DNA of 64,000 nt from Candidatus Multivoradales bacterium (GTDB lineage Bacteria; Acidobacteriota; Thermoanaerobaculia; Multivoradales; JAHEKO01): positions 224,001 to 288,000 of the forward strand of contig CBDCVR010000015.1 of the NCBI GenBank assembly GCA_965223155.1. The letters are read 5' to 3'. Below the pieces are notes generated by a model. That model ran no database searches. It was not told the origin of the DNA and was given only the letters and a program-made list of their open reading frames with translations. A program made the position numbers and the translations under genes. How positions within the stretch are numbered: the stretch's first letter is position 1; each line of letters begins with the position of its first letter. This document shows positions 44,474 through 53,958 of this stretch, in pieces.

Positions 44474-45919
44474 TCAGACGATCCGCAGTGCCCCGACGAC
44501 CGTCAGGCGACGGATGCGGGTAAAGGTCTTTGGCTTCGTCAGCCCCTCACCGGTGGGGGTCGCGATCGAAAACGAGGTGAAGTCCTCGCCGCCCTCACCC
44601 AGCCCGGCGACGTTGGGAGCGTTGGCGACGAAGATCGACGTCTTCATCGCCCGCGCCATGCGGGTGATGTTGTCCACGTCGTTCGAGAAGATCGATGCCG
44701 TATGGCGATAGCCGTGCTCCGCTCGCACCGAAAGGTCGATCCCCTCGTCCACGTTGCGGACCCGCACAACCGGCATCACCGGCATCATCTGCTCGGTCCA
44801 GACCAGGCTGTGCTCGGCGGGCACCTCGGCCACGATCAACCGTACCCGGTCGTCGGCGGCGATGCCGATCTCCTGCAGGATTCGTCCGGCGTTCTGGCCG
44901 ATCCACTTGCGCTCGATCCGGCCGGGCCGGCGCGGTGGACCCAGCTCGCGAAAGATCACCCGCTCGAGCTGGCGCACCTGATGCTCCTTCAGGACCACGG
45001 CCGGACAGCGCTCGAAGGCCCGCAGCAGCTCGTCGGCCCGCGACCGGACGACGAAGGTCTCCTTCTCGTCGACGCACACCATGTTGTTGTCGAAGGACGC
45101 CCCCCGGGTGATCTCGCGCGCGGCCTGTTGGATGTCGGCAGATTCGTCGACGACCACGGGCGGGTTCCCCGGGCCGGCGGTGATGGCCTTCTTGTTGGTC
45201 TTCAACGCCTCCCGCACCACCGCCGGGCCGCCGGTGACCAGCAGAACCCTCACGCCCTCATGAGACATCAGGGCCTGCGCGGATTCGATCGTCGGCTCCG
45301 AGATGGCGCAGATCAGATCCCCGGGACCGCCGGCCTCGACGATGGCCCGATTTAGCCGGCGGACGTTTTCCACCGAAACGCCGCGAGCCGCGGGGTGGAC
45401 GTTGAAGACGACCGCGTTGCCGGCCGAAACCGTGGCAATGGCGTTGTTGATGATGGTCGAAGTCGGGTTGGTCGTCGGCGTAATGGCGGCGATCACCCCC
45501 CATGGCGCGAACTCGGTCACGGTCATGCCCCGGTCGCCGCTGACCGCAATCGGGGTCAGGTCTTCCGGACCCGGCGTCTTGCGGGTGACCAGGAGGTTCT
45601 TCTTCTCCTTGTCGTCCGCCCGGCCGAGGCCGGTCTCGTCCCGAGCCAGTCTCCCCAGCTCCGCCGCATCGCGCTCCATCGCGGCGCGCATGGCGTCGAC
45701 AGTCCGAAAGCGGGCGTCGAGACCGCCCTCCGAGAACGCCTCGAAACCGCGCTGAGCGGCGGCTACCGCCTCATCGACGGTCTCGTAGATCCCCTCCGCG
45801 CCGCGCCGGACACTCCGTTTCGGGGCACCTTCGTCGCCGGGGCCGGTCTCGCCCCGGGCAAATCGCGATCGTACGCGCGCGACGACGTCGTGGATGTCTT
45901 GCCGATCGAGCTCAGTCAT
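44474..45919 (-). CDS. CoA-acylating aldehyde dehydrogenase (EutE/PduP family) with N-terminal encapsulation peptide
   Basis: [33 protein letters not shown] and TPTGEG; amphipathic [13 protein letters not shown] at the N-terminus. Confidence 0.92.
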   Translation of the reverse strand: MTELDRQDIHDVVARVRSRFARGETGPGDEGAPKRSVRRGAEGIYETVDEAVAAAQRGFEAFSEGGLDARFRTVDAMRAAMERDAAELGRLARDETGLGRADDKEKKNLLVTRKTPGPEDLTPIAVSGDRGMTVTEFAPWGVIAAITPTTNPTSTIINNAIATVSAGNAVVFNVHPAARGVSVENVRRLNRAIVEAGGPGDLICAISEPTIESAQALMSHEGVRVLLVTGGPAVVREALKTNKKAITAGPGNPPVVVDESADIQQAAREITRGASFDNNMVCVDEKETFVVRSRADELLRAFERCPAVVLKEHQVRQLERVIFRELGPPRRPGRIERKWIGQNAGRILQEIGIAADDRVRLIVAEVPAEHSLVWTEQMMPVMPVVRVRNVDEGIDLSVRAEHGYRHTASIFSNDVDNITRMARAMKTSIFVANAPNVAGLGEGGEDFTSFSIATPTGEGLTKPKTFTRIRRLTVVGALRIV

Positions 45920-46212
45920 TCGGCGGCTTTGGAGTACACCTCGCGGCCGCCGGCATCCCAGCTGTCCACGATCGCCATGACGACCGCGTCGCAGGGCCGA
46001 TCACGAGTCGCGGTCGTCTGCCGGGCGGCGCTGCCGGTCGCGTAGAGCACGGTCTCACCCACGCCCGCGCCGACGGCATCGACCGCCACCACCGTCCCTG
46101 ACAACTCCTTGCCGCGCTCGTCCAGCGGCTTGACCACCAGGAACTTGAAGCCCTCCATGGACGGCTCCTTGCGACTGGCGACAACCGTCCCCTGCACTTT
46201 GCCCAGCAGCAT
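45916..46212 (-). CDS. BMC vertex (pentamer) protein, EutN/CcmL family
   Basis: [15 protein letters not shown]...[12 protein letters not shown]...GSAAR...AIVD. Confidence 0.93.
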   Translation of the reverse strand: MLLGKVQGTVVASRKEPSMEGFKFLVVKPLDERGKELSGTVVAVDAVGAGVGETVLYATGSAARQTTATRDRPCDAVVMAIVDSWDAGGREVYSKAAE

Positions 46213-46230
46213 GCGGCCTGGCCCGTGTCC

Positions 46231-46533
46231 TTAGCGCTTGCCCTTTGTCGCCGGCTTCTGCCGGCCCAGCGGCAAGGCCTCATCGATGTTGGCGTGCGGA
46301 CGCGCGATGACGTGGGTCGAGATCACCTCTCCAACCTTCTCCGCCCCGCGCACTCCGGCCTCGACCGCGGCCTTGACCGCGGCGACATCGCCCCGGATGA
46401 CGGCGGTCACGTAACCGCCGCCGGTCTTCTCGTAGCTAACGAGCTCGACCTTGGCGGCCTTGACCATCGCGTCGGAGGCTTCGACCATCGCGGTGAAACC
46501 CCGCGTCTCGATCATTCCCAGTGCTTCTGCCAT
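46231..46533 (-). CDS. BMC hexameric shell protein (EutM/PduA-like)
   Basis: ALGMIETRG...DAMVKAA.V...GGG....[10 protein letters not shown]...HVIARPH. Confidence 0.95.
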   Translation of the reverse strand: MAEALGMIETRGFTAMVEASDAMVKAAKVELVSYEKTGGGYVTAVIRGDVAAVKAAVEAGVRGAEKVGEVISTHVIARPHANIDEALPLGRQKPATKGKR

Positions 46534-46588
46534 CGATTCGTTCCTTTCTCCTAGTGGAGCTTCTTATCGTTGGTACCGTCTCCGAGCC

Positions 46589-47218
46589 CTATTTCTTGAG
46601 TGTGCGACCGTCCACGCCCTCGAGCGCGGCCACCGCCGCTTGCCAACCGACATCGATGTCGCGCTCCTCGCCGCCCAGATACACCCGTCCCATCGAGCCG
46701 AACGAGCGCACCTCGAGGACGTTGATGTCGGCGGCCTTTTCCGCCTCGTTGGCGGCTAGCGCGGCGTAGGCGGCGGGCTCGACCTCCAGCACATACAAGG
46801 TCTGCTGGGGAATAAGCATGTGCCCGTGCCGCATCCGGTTGATGAGCTGGGCCTGGTGATCGTCCACCCGCCGGATGACCTGACTCGAGTGGATCTTGGG
46901 CTTGACCCGGTCCGAGACCGCAAGGCCGATCTCACCCAGGATGGCCTCGCCGGCGGCCCGTGTCTCCGCTTGCGAGGCGGAGTGGATCTCAAGCAAGCCG
47001 TAGTAGCGCTCGACGATCTGCATGCCGGGACGGACCCGGTTCGATTTCAAGGCGACATCGGTCAGCCGGTTGATCTCGATGCCAGGCGAGATCTCCACGA
47101 ACAGCGAGGCATCGCCTGCCAGCGGCAGGAATCCCTGAGCCACGGTGCCCAGAAACGCCGTGTACTGAGGCTGCAGGCTGTCCAAGAATACATAGGACCT
47201 GAGATCAATAGTTCCCAC
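46589..47218 (-). CDS. BMC stacked-trimer shell protein (CcmP/CsoS1D-like, BMC-Tdp)
   Basis: [22 protein letters not shown] and PAAYA..AANEAEK. Confidence 0.9.
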   Translation of the reverse strand: MGTIDLRSYVFLDSLQPQYTAFLGTVAQGFLPLAGDASLFVEISPGIEINRLTDVALKSNRVRPGMQIVERYYGLLEIHSASQAETRAAGEAILGEIGLAVSDRVKPKIHSSQVIRRVDDHQAQLINRMRHGHMLIPQQTLYVLEVEPAAYAALAANEAEKAADINVLEVRSFGSMGRVYLGGEERDIDVGWQAAVAALEGVDGRTLKK

Positions 47219-48071
47219 TGGCTACCGCCTCCTTACCGGTCACGATCGCGATTCCGGCCGAAGCCCCGATCCGGGTCGCGCCGGCGGCGATCATCTCCTG
47301 AGCGTCGGCGGCGTTCTTGATGCCGCCCGACGCCTTGATTCCCATCGCCCCGCCCACTGCTTCTCGCATCAGCGCAACGTCGAAGATCGTCGCCCCGCCA
47401 TGGCCGAAGCCGGTCGAGGTCTTGACGAAGTCCGCCCGCGCCCGCTGCGCCAGGCGGCACGCCACGACCTTCTCCTCGTCGCTGAGCAAGCCGGTCTCCA
47501 GAATCACCTTGCACACTGCGCCGACCTCGCGGCAGGCGTCGACCACCTTGGCGATGTCGCGCTCGACCAGGTCGCGTTCCCCGGCCTTCAGCGCTCCGAT
47601 GTTGAGCACCATGTCGATCTCGCGCGCGCCGTCGCGCAGAGCTCGGCGTGCTTCTAGCGCCTTGACCTCGGCGGCGTTCGCCCCCAGTGGGAAACCCACG
47701 ACCGAGGCCACGCGCACCTTGGTTCCGCGGAGCCGCTGCGTGCAGCGCTTGACCCAGACCGGATTGACGCACACGGCGGCGAAGTGGTGGTCGCGAGCCT
47801 CGTCGCAGAGCCGGTCGATCTCGTCCGGGGTGACGTCCGGCCCCAGCTTGGTGTGGTCGATGTAGCCCGCCAGGTCCGCGGGTACGTCGGCGCCGTTGCC
47901 GTTGTAGGCGATCCGAGCGGCTCCTTCCTCGACCATGACCCGGACCTTGTCCGAGCAGTGGGAAGCGCAGCTACCGCAGCAGTCGGCGCAGGCGCCGTCG
48001 CCGTCGCCCCCTTCGAGCTCGGCCAGTACCTGCCGGGTGATCGCCTCGATGAGATCGTCTCGCGTCGTCAT
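47205..48071 (-). CDS. deoC: Deoxyribose-phosphate aldolase with N-terminal encapsulation peptide and Cys-rich linker
   Basis: [34 protein letters not shown] and RIGAS; N-terminal [14 protein letters not shown]. Confidence 0.93.
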   Translation of the reverse strand: MTTRDDLIEAITRQVLAELEGGDGDGACADCCGSCASHCSDKVRVMVEEGAARIAYNGNGADVPADLAGYIDHTKLGPDVTPDEIDRLCDEARDHHFAAVCVNPVWVKRCTQRLRGTKVRVASVVGFPLGANAAEVKALEARRALRDGAREIDMVLNIGALKAGERDLVERDIAKVVDACREVGAVCKVILETGLLSDEEKVVACRLAQRARADFVKTSTGFGHGGATIFDVALMREAVGGAMGIKASGGIKNAADAQEMIAAGATRIGASAGIAIVTGKEAVASGNY

Positions 48072-48100
48072 TCGTGTCTCGCTGGCACCTTCTCGCCTCG

Positions 48101-48676
48101 CTAGCGGCGCTCCCGGTCCAGAGCGTCAATCTTAGCGACTCTGCGGGCGTGGCGTCCTGGCCCCCAGGAAGTTGCCAGCCACTCGTCCACGATCTGGACC
48201 GCAAGGTGTCCACCGACAAGTCCTGCGCCCAGCGTAAGGACGTTGGCGTGATTATGCTCCCTGCTGTTGCGGGCCGACGAGAGGTCGTAGCAAAGAGCCG
48301 CTCGCACGCCCGCAATCTTGTTCGCCGCCATGCTCGAGCCGATGCCGGCGCCGTCGACGACGATGCCGGCCCAACAGGAGCCCGAGGCCACCTCCTCGGC
48401 CACCGCCTGGGCAAAGTCGGGATAGTCGACGGCCTCGGTTCCGGAGGTACCGCAGTCGACGACGTCCCAGCCCCGGTCGCGCAGGTGGCTGACGATCGAT
48501 TCCTTGAGCCGGTAGCCGCCGTGATCCGCGCCGACCGCGACCCGACGTCCGGCGCCGGCGGCCTGCGAAGCGGAGGTAGAGGCGGACGTCCTGCCTGGGG
48601 CGTCGCCACCGGCGCCGGGCATGGCTTCGTCCAGAAGCTTCGTGACGAGCTCGCGGACCTTGTCTTCGCTCGCCAT
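48101..48676 (-). CDS. rpiB: RpiB/LacAB sugar-phosphate isomerase with N-terminal encapsulation peptide
   Basis: GADHGG..LK, VDYPD, G.G..MAANK..GVRA, REHNHANVL and GRH.RRV; N-terminal DKVRELVTKLLDE. Confidence 0.9.
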   Translation of the reverse strand: MASEDKVRELVTKLLDEAMPGAGGDAPGRTSASTSASQAAGAGRRVAVGADHGGYRLKESIVSHLRDRGWDVVDCGTSGTEAVDYPDFAQAVAEEVASGSCWAGIVVDGAGIGSSMAANKIAGVRAALCYDLSSARNSREHNHANVLTLGAGLVGGHLAVQIVDEWLATSWGPGRHARRVAKIDALDRERR

Positions 48677-48680
48677 CTCG

Positions 48681-51140
48681 CTAGCGCTTCCGGTCCGCGC
48701 CGGAAGCCCGTTCCTGAGCCGCCCGCGCGACTTCGGGACCGCCACCGTCCACCGTGCGGGCCGCGCGGGGAGCCGCTCCCAGCCGTTCCAGATGCACGCC
48801 TCGATAGTAGTGCCCCAGGATGTCGCGATAGCCATGACCCCGCACCGCCATGCCATAGGCTCCCACCTGGCACATGCCGACGCCGTGGCCCCAGCCGCGG
48901 CCGGTGAAGAGCCAACCGGGCTCTCCGTCCTCCGGCGCCAGTCGGCGCGCGGTAAACAGCGTGTCGGGAACGTCGAAGGTCCAGCGGACAGGCAACCCCT
49001 GGATCTCAACGGAGTCACCGTCGCGACCGACAACCCGCACTCGGCTCACCCGGCCGGAGACGCCCCGCTCCAGGATCTCGAGATCGGCGAACTCGAGGCC
49101 CGGATAGCGTTCGCCCACTCGCCGGGCAAGCTCGGCGTCCGAGCGGAAGCGCGTCCAGGAGCTCATGTTGCTGGTGCGATCGTAGGCAACGCCATCCGAG
49201 TCCACTTGGTGACGCAAGCCGATCACGCGGTCGGAGTACCGGTAGGCGGTGACCCGATCACCGGGCAGCAGGGCAAGCTGAGCCGACTCGACCCGCTCCC
49301 CCCACTGACGGAACGTCAGAACCTCATCGGCCAGAGGTAGCCGGATCACTTCCTGGTTGTGCCGGAGTGCGATCTCGCCGTCCCCCAGCTCCAGATAGCG
49401 GGCTTCGAACGGCTCCAGCACCCTCAAGAACACGGCCAGATGAAACAGAGCGTGGTCGAGAGCTTCCGAAGGAACCGGCTCGGCCAGAGACCCGTTCAAG
49501 ATGTTGGCACGGGCCAGGTACGCGGCCAGCCGCAGATCCTGGTCAGACCAGTGTTGCGGCGCATCGCCCACCAGATACGGCAGGTCGGCCGAAGCCACGA
49601 ACAGGGAAGCGTCCAAGTCCAGGCCCAGCTGTCGGCTCAAGAACTCTTGGACCGTGCGCCGGTCGAGATCCGCGAGCGGATCGTCGGTCACCACGTAACC
49701 GGCCATGCGCGTGAGCTTCTTGACCCGGCGGGCAAAATCGGCGGCTGCGCCGGCTTCTCGGTCCGCGGGCACCACCCGGCTCGCCAGGCCCGCCTCGATC
49801 GGCGTCCTGGCGGAGTCCAATCCGCCCAGCCGATCCACTCCGGCCTCCAGGCAGGGCACCCCCCGCAAGTATTGCTCGGACTTCAACGGAAACACGATCT
49901 CGACGTCCTCGGTATGGCCGCCGCAGGTCGAACTGTACAGGGCATCGGCGAAGCGGCCATCGTAGAGGAGTACCTCGCCACTGGTCTCGGTCACCGCCCG
50001 ATCGCTCAGCTCGTGCTCGGCATCGTAGCCGCCGTAGACCTGGCAGCGCGGCGTCGCGCAGATGTCGAACCCTTCGCCGGCGAACTCGCCTAGATTGCGC
50101 AGGGCATAGGTGCGGGCGGCCACGGCCTGCGCCTTCAAGGCATCCAGATCGTCGAAAACGTTGGGGCCCATCTCGCGCGGAACGACCCCCCGGAGATACT
50201 CGTCCGGGGAAACCTCGTTGATCAGATTGAGCGAGCCACGATCGTTGAGATAGATCAGGAGCTCGCCCCTGTACCGAGAGCCGCCGAAGGCAACGGTCTC
50301 GCCCGCGGCCGGCCGGATCCGGAGCCAGCGGCTGTGCACCAGCCAGGCGCGCTCGCCTTGCTGCACCTTGAGAGCTCCCTCTTCGAAGGGCTCCTGCTCG
50401 CTGGTCACCCAGAGGTCGTGGAAATTGTGCTGGCCGAACAGACGGCGAGCTCCCTCGGCGTCCTCCCGGCTCGAGTAGCGGCCGGCCCGGACCCGATAGA
50501 GGCCGGTGCGGGCGTCGAAGACGACCCCCGTCGGAACGCCGAGCCTCCCGGCCACCCGAGTCGCCAACTCGTCGGCTTGCTGCGGGTCTCGCAAGGCCGC
50601 GATCTGGAGCATGAAGACGCTGCTTCCGGTGCGCTCGACTCCGGGCGTGACCACGATCGGCCGCACCGAGACCAGCTCGCGCGAGCCCACCATCGCCACC
50701 AGATCGCCCTGACAGCAGGGCAGCACGATCGAGTCCTGATCGGTGCTGAGTCCCACCCTCACGGTCTCAGGGATCCGAGGAGTCGGCCGCACCTCGGGGC
50801 TGGGCCCGGCGAGGCCCTCGAGGCCGGCGGCTGGAGCTTCGACTGCTGGGTTCCCCGGATCGGATGGGGCCTCGGCGGGAGCCGCAGCCGCGGCGCCGTC
50901 TCGGGTGGGCGCGACCGGGGCTGGGGTCTCGCTCTGAGCGGCTTCTCCAGGAGAGCCGGCAGAAGATCCGGCCTGGTTTACCGGATCGGAGGCTGCGGTC
51001 TGGCCGGAGCTCATCGCGGCCTCGGCCCGCACCGGGCTCGCTTCCGGACCGGCCGCATCGGCACCGGGGGGCCCTGCGCTCGCGCAGGCCACCAAGACCG
51101 CTGGCAGCAGACTCAGGACCGGCCTCAGGACTCGAGCCAT
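48681..51140 (-). CDS. SpoIID/LytB-domain lipoprotein with SPOR domain
   Basis: Lipobox LVAC; SPOR-like LQIAAL...YRVRAG; EYLRGVVPREM; ALKAQAVAARTYA; GWGHGVGMCQ.GA. Confidence 0.88.
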   Translation of the reverse strand: MARVLRPVLSLLPAVLVACASAGPPGADAAGPEASPVRAEAAMSSGQTAASDPVNQAGSSAGSPGEAAQSETPAPVAPTRDGAAAAAPAEAPSDPGNPAVEAPAAGLEGLAGPSPEVRPTPRIPETVRVGLSTDQDSIVLPCCQGDLVAMVGSRELVSVRPIVVTPGVERTGSSVFMLQIAALRDPQQADELATRVAGRLGVPTGVVFDARTGLYRVRAGRYSSREDAEGARRLFGQHNFHDLWVTSEQEPFEEGALKVQQGERAWLVHSRWLRIRPAAGETVAFGGSRYRGELLIYLNDRGSLNLINEVSPDEYLRGVVPREMGPNVFDDLDALKAQAVAARTYALRNLGEFAGEGFDICATPRCQVYGGYDAEHELSDRAVTETSGEVLLYDGRFADALYSSTCGGHTEDVEIVFPLKSEQYLRGVPCLEAGVDRLGGLDSARTPIEAGLASRVVPADREAGAAADFARRVKKLTRMAGYVVTDDPLADLDRRTVQEFLSRQLGLDLDASLFVASADLPYLVGDAPQHWSDQDLRLAAYLARANILNGSLAEPVPSEALDHALFHLAVFLRVLEPFEARYLELGDGEIALRHNQEVIRLPLADEVLTFRQWGERVESAQLALLPGDRVTAYRYSDRVIGLRHQVDSDGVAYDRTSNMSSWTRFRSDAELARRVGERYPGLEFADLEILERGVSGRVSRVRVVGRDGDSVEIQGLPVRWTFDVPDTLFTARRLAPEDGEPGWLFTGRGWGHGVGMCQVGAYGMAVRGHGYRDILGHYYRGVHLERLGAAPRAARTVDGGGPEVARAAQERASGADRKR

Positions 51141-52093
51141 CCAGTCTCCACCGCCGGCTCCACGAGTTCTTGGGAAGCGGGGCTCTCGCCGCGAACGATC
51201 GCGATCAAGGTCCCGGCCAAGCCGAGGCCGATGGCTCCCGACAGGAACCACTGCACGAGCGTCAATCCGGAATTGACGGTCAGCACCTGCCACAGATCCC
51301 GAGCGACGGAGTTGATGGCCATGTTGAAAGGCAACATGGCCATCCCCAGGGCCATCGAGGCCACGAAAAAGAGCAGCATGATGAGAAGCAGACCCGGCAA
51401 CCGGCGTAGCGCAATCCCGAGCGCCGCCTGGCAGCTTCCGAGGACCCCCAAGTCCGAGGTCACCAGGCGAGCCAGCGCCACGTTAAGGACGATGGCCAGG
51501 CCCAGCATGGCCCCGAAGCACGTGACCACGCCAACGCAACCGAGCAAGCCGAACAGCACCGGATACGAGTCTCCGAGTACGACCAGGGTTAGGGCAACCA
51601 AGGCGAAGAGCCCACAGAGAAGGACCGTCCCGATCGCCAGCCAGAGGTTGACCATCCAGAAGATGGGCCAGCACCAGCGCCCGCAGTCCGAGCGAAATCG
51701 CTCCCAGCTATAGCTCGCCACGACGGGTCCATCCCCGGTGTCCGCCGCGGCCAGGGTGCCCAGAAGTCCACCGTGAAACCAGCAATAGACGATCATCGCC
51801 ATGGTCCAGACCACGAGAGCGATCAAACCGGCCAGAAGCAAAGGGCCCCAGGCAGACGTTAGCCGCTCCAAGAGCTGACTGGAGGCGCCCGGCTCCCAAC
51901 GACCCTGCCAGCCACCCCAGAGCTCACGCACGAAGCCCCATCCGACCGCGAAGATCAACGGCACGAGGCCGGCAAGAAACAGCACCGAGACCGCCAAGGT
52001 CTGGGTCACTTGCAAGGGCACAACCTGCCAGTTGCGCCAGACGTTGGCGACGCCCCTTTGGAGCGCGTCGATCGCTGCTATCCGTCCGGACAT
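51125..52093 (-). CDS. Polytopic membrane protein of unknown function
   Basis: About six hydrophobic helices; GGCGGGA SD; overlaps the next gene. Confidence 0.7.
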   Translation of the reverse strand: MSGRIAAIDALQRGVANVWRNWQVVPLQVTQTLAVSVLFLAGLVPLIFAVGWGFVRELWGGWQGRWEPGASSQLLERLTSAWGPLLLAGLIALVVWTMAMIVYCWFHGGLLGTLAAADTGDGPVVASYSWERFRSDCGRWCWPIFWMVNLWLAIGTVLLCGLFALVALTLVVLGDSYPVLFGLLGCVGVVTCFGAMLGLAIVLNVALARLVTSDLGVLGSCQAALGIALRRLPGLLLIMLLFFVASMALGMAMLPFNMAINSVARDLWQVLTVNSGLTLVQWFLSGAIGLGLAGTLIAIVRGESPASQELVEPAVETGWLES

Positions 52094-52115
52094 TCCCGCC
52101 TCGGCCCTGCCCGCC

Positions 52116-52931
52116 CTAGAACGAGAACGAGGCGCTCTTGACCCGGCGCCGGAAGTCGGGCGCTTGCATCCGAATCGGCTTGGCCATCTGGTACAGCCGG
52201 CTGATCAGCCGGGCCGGAATGCGCCAGTCGATCGGATCCGCGCCCCCGTTTCGATCCAGGTCCGCGTCCGATCCGAGAGAGTAGTTGGTGGTGAAGATCG
52301 TCGGCAGCCGGCGGTTGTAGCGGCCGTTGATGACGAGGTACAGAATCTCGCTGACCCAGGCCGAGGGCTTCTGGGCGCCCAACTCGTCCAGCACCAGGAG
52401 CTCGGCCTCGCTCACCCGCCTCAGGATGGCGTGCTTCGAGTCCACGGTACCCGGCTCGAACGTGGCTTGTATCCGGTGGATCAGCGAGGTGAAGTCCTCG
52501 AAGCGGCCACGCACACCGTAGCGCTCGACGATCTCGCGCAACACCGCCACGGCGAGATGGGTCTTGCCCACGCCGGGCTCACCGTGAAAGAGGAGTCCGG
52601 CCTCCGAGAACCCGCCTTCGGAGGTGACGAAAGTCTCGACGTAGCGCCGGGACGCGGAGGCCGCTTCCAGAAGCCCCGAGCTCTCGCTCGTTCCCGCCCA
52701 GGAGACTTTGAAGTTGTCGAGCGTGCAGTTCTTGTAGCGATCGGGAATGGCCGATTGCTCGAGTAGCCGGGGAACGCGATCCACGCCCCGACAGGGGCAA
52801 GGCCGCGCCGTGCCGGCGCCGCCGTCATCAGCCACGACCCAGCCTCGGTCCCGACATTCGGGGCACTGCGGCGAGAGCTCATCGACGGACGAACGCCGGC
52901 CCTCGACGCGTGCCAGAGTCTCCGCCAGCAT
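52116..52931 (-). CDS. DnaC/IstB-like AAA+ ATPase (helicase loader-like)
   Basis: CxxC...CxC Zn motif; IP.RY....LDNF; GEPGVGKTHL; LLVLDELG; TIFTTN; SRL..M. Confidence 0.85.
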   Translation of the reverse strand: MLAETLARVEGRRSSVDELSPQCPECRDRGWVVADDGGAGTARPCPCRGVDRVPRLLEQSAIPDRYKNCTLDNFKVSWAGTSESSGLLEAASASRRYVETFVTSEGGFSEAGLLFHGEPGVGKTHLAVAVLREIVERYGVRGRFEDFTSLIHRIQATFEPGTVDSKHAILRRVSEAELLVLDELGAQKPSAWVSEILYLVINGRYNRRLPTIFTTNYSLGSDADLDRNGGADPIDWRIPARLISRLYQMAKPIRMQAPDFRRRVKSASFSF

Positions 52932-53086
52932 GCCGGCATGCTAGCACGCGCTCTAGCACCCCGAATGGGCCTCAGCCGGCCTCAGCCGCCTCGGAGGCGC
53001 GGCGTTTCTGCGGCTCCAAACCTGAAGCCGAGCCGGCCGCGCGGCACGGTCCCGGGCTCCCGATGCCTCGGTTCTTCAGCGATCCG

Positions 53087-53458
53087 CTAGACCTTCGAGG
53101 GCAGGCCGCTGCCGAACTTCTCGAGAGCGTACTTGCGGTCGACGCCGACGCGGCGATCGGCCAACTCGCGCTTCAACTCTTCGAGGATGTCATCCATCTC
53201 GGAGCGCATGGACTCCATCTGCTCGCGCATGTTCAGGATCACCTCGACTCCGGCCAGGTTGACACCCAGATCCCGGGTCAAGGTCAAGATCGTGCGCAGG
53301 CGTTCGATGGTCTCGCGATCGTAGAGGCGGGTATTGCCGGCGCTTCTCCGCGGGCTGATCAGCCCTTCGCGCTCGTAGAGCCGGAGCGTTTGGGGATGGA
53401 TCTCGAACTGCTCGGCCACGGCCGAGATCATGAGGTACCGCTTGCGCCGGTCAGCCAT
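53087..53458 (-). CDS. hspR: MerR-family heat-shock repressor HspR-like
   Basis: IS.VAE...IHPQTLRLYEREGL..P.RS.G.TRLY and GVNLAGV; located in the dnaK operon. Confidence 0.88.
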   Translation of the reverse strand: MADRRKRYLMISAVAEQFEIHPQTLRLYEREGLISPRRSAGNTRLYDRETIERLRTILTLTRDLGVNLAGVEVILNMREQMESMRSEMDDILEELKRELADRRVGVDRKYALEKFGSGLPSKV

Positions 53459-53948
53459 CGCCGTCTCGCACCGCAATCGCCACCGGCCGAGGGCCGGCAC
53501 CGCGACCCTTCTTCGGAATCACGACGGTCAGGATCCCGCTCGCCAAGCGCGCGGCGATCCCATCCGCGTCGACCCCACCTCCCGGTCCGCCGCCCCGGTC
53601 GCCACCCAGCTCGAAGACCCTCCGAAAGCGTCCGTACCGCCTCTCGAGACGATAGTAGCTCGCGACGTCGGCCGGCGGCCGGCGCACGCCCACAAGCTCG
53701 AGCCGGTCGCCGTCGAGCTTGAGCTCGATGTCGCCGCGGTCCACGCCCGGCAGCTCGACGCTGACGACGAACGACTCGGCGGTCTCGAGCACATCGACCC
53801 GGGGCTCCCAGAAGCCCGGCAAGGTCGGGTCCCAGGACGCATCGGGCGACCGAGACGACTCGCCCGCGCGAGGATGCCCCTCCGCGAGCGAATCGTCGGC
53901 GGGAAGACCGCCCGCGCCACCCCGGCCCTTTGGCTCTCGGCTGGCCAC
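53451..53948 (-). CDS. Hsp20 / alpha-crystallin small heat-shock protein (start approximate)
   Basis: P.VDV.ET, ELPGV, ER.YG.F.R and A.L..GILTV.IPK. Confidence 0.85.
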   Translation of the reverse strand: MASREPKGRGGAGGLPADDSLAEGHPRAGESSRSPDASWDPTLPGFWEPRVDVLETAESFVVSVELPGVDRGDIELKLDGDRLELVGVRRPPADVASYYRLERRYGRFRRVFELGGDRGGGPGGGVDADGIAARLASGILTVVIPKKGRGAGPRPVAIAVRDGDG

Positions 53949-53958
53949 GACTACGGTC

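Noticed and set aside
43293-48676. Ethanolamine, propanediol or carboxysome identity for the BMC
   Set aside because: No EutBC, PduCDE, glycyl-radical enzyme or RuBisCO. The signature enzymes are DeoC and RpiB.
52116-52931. IS21 element or prophage suggested by the IstB-like ATPase
   Set aside because: No transposase, terminal repeats, integrase or phage structural genes nearby.
52941-52961. CIRCE-like CTAGCAC sequences downstream of the heat-shock operon
   Set aside because: They are direct half-site repeats, not the TTAGCACTC-N9-GAGTGCTAA inverted repeat. One overlaps a -10 element.
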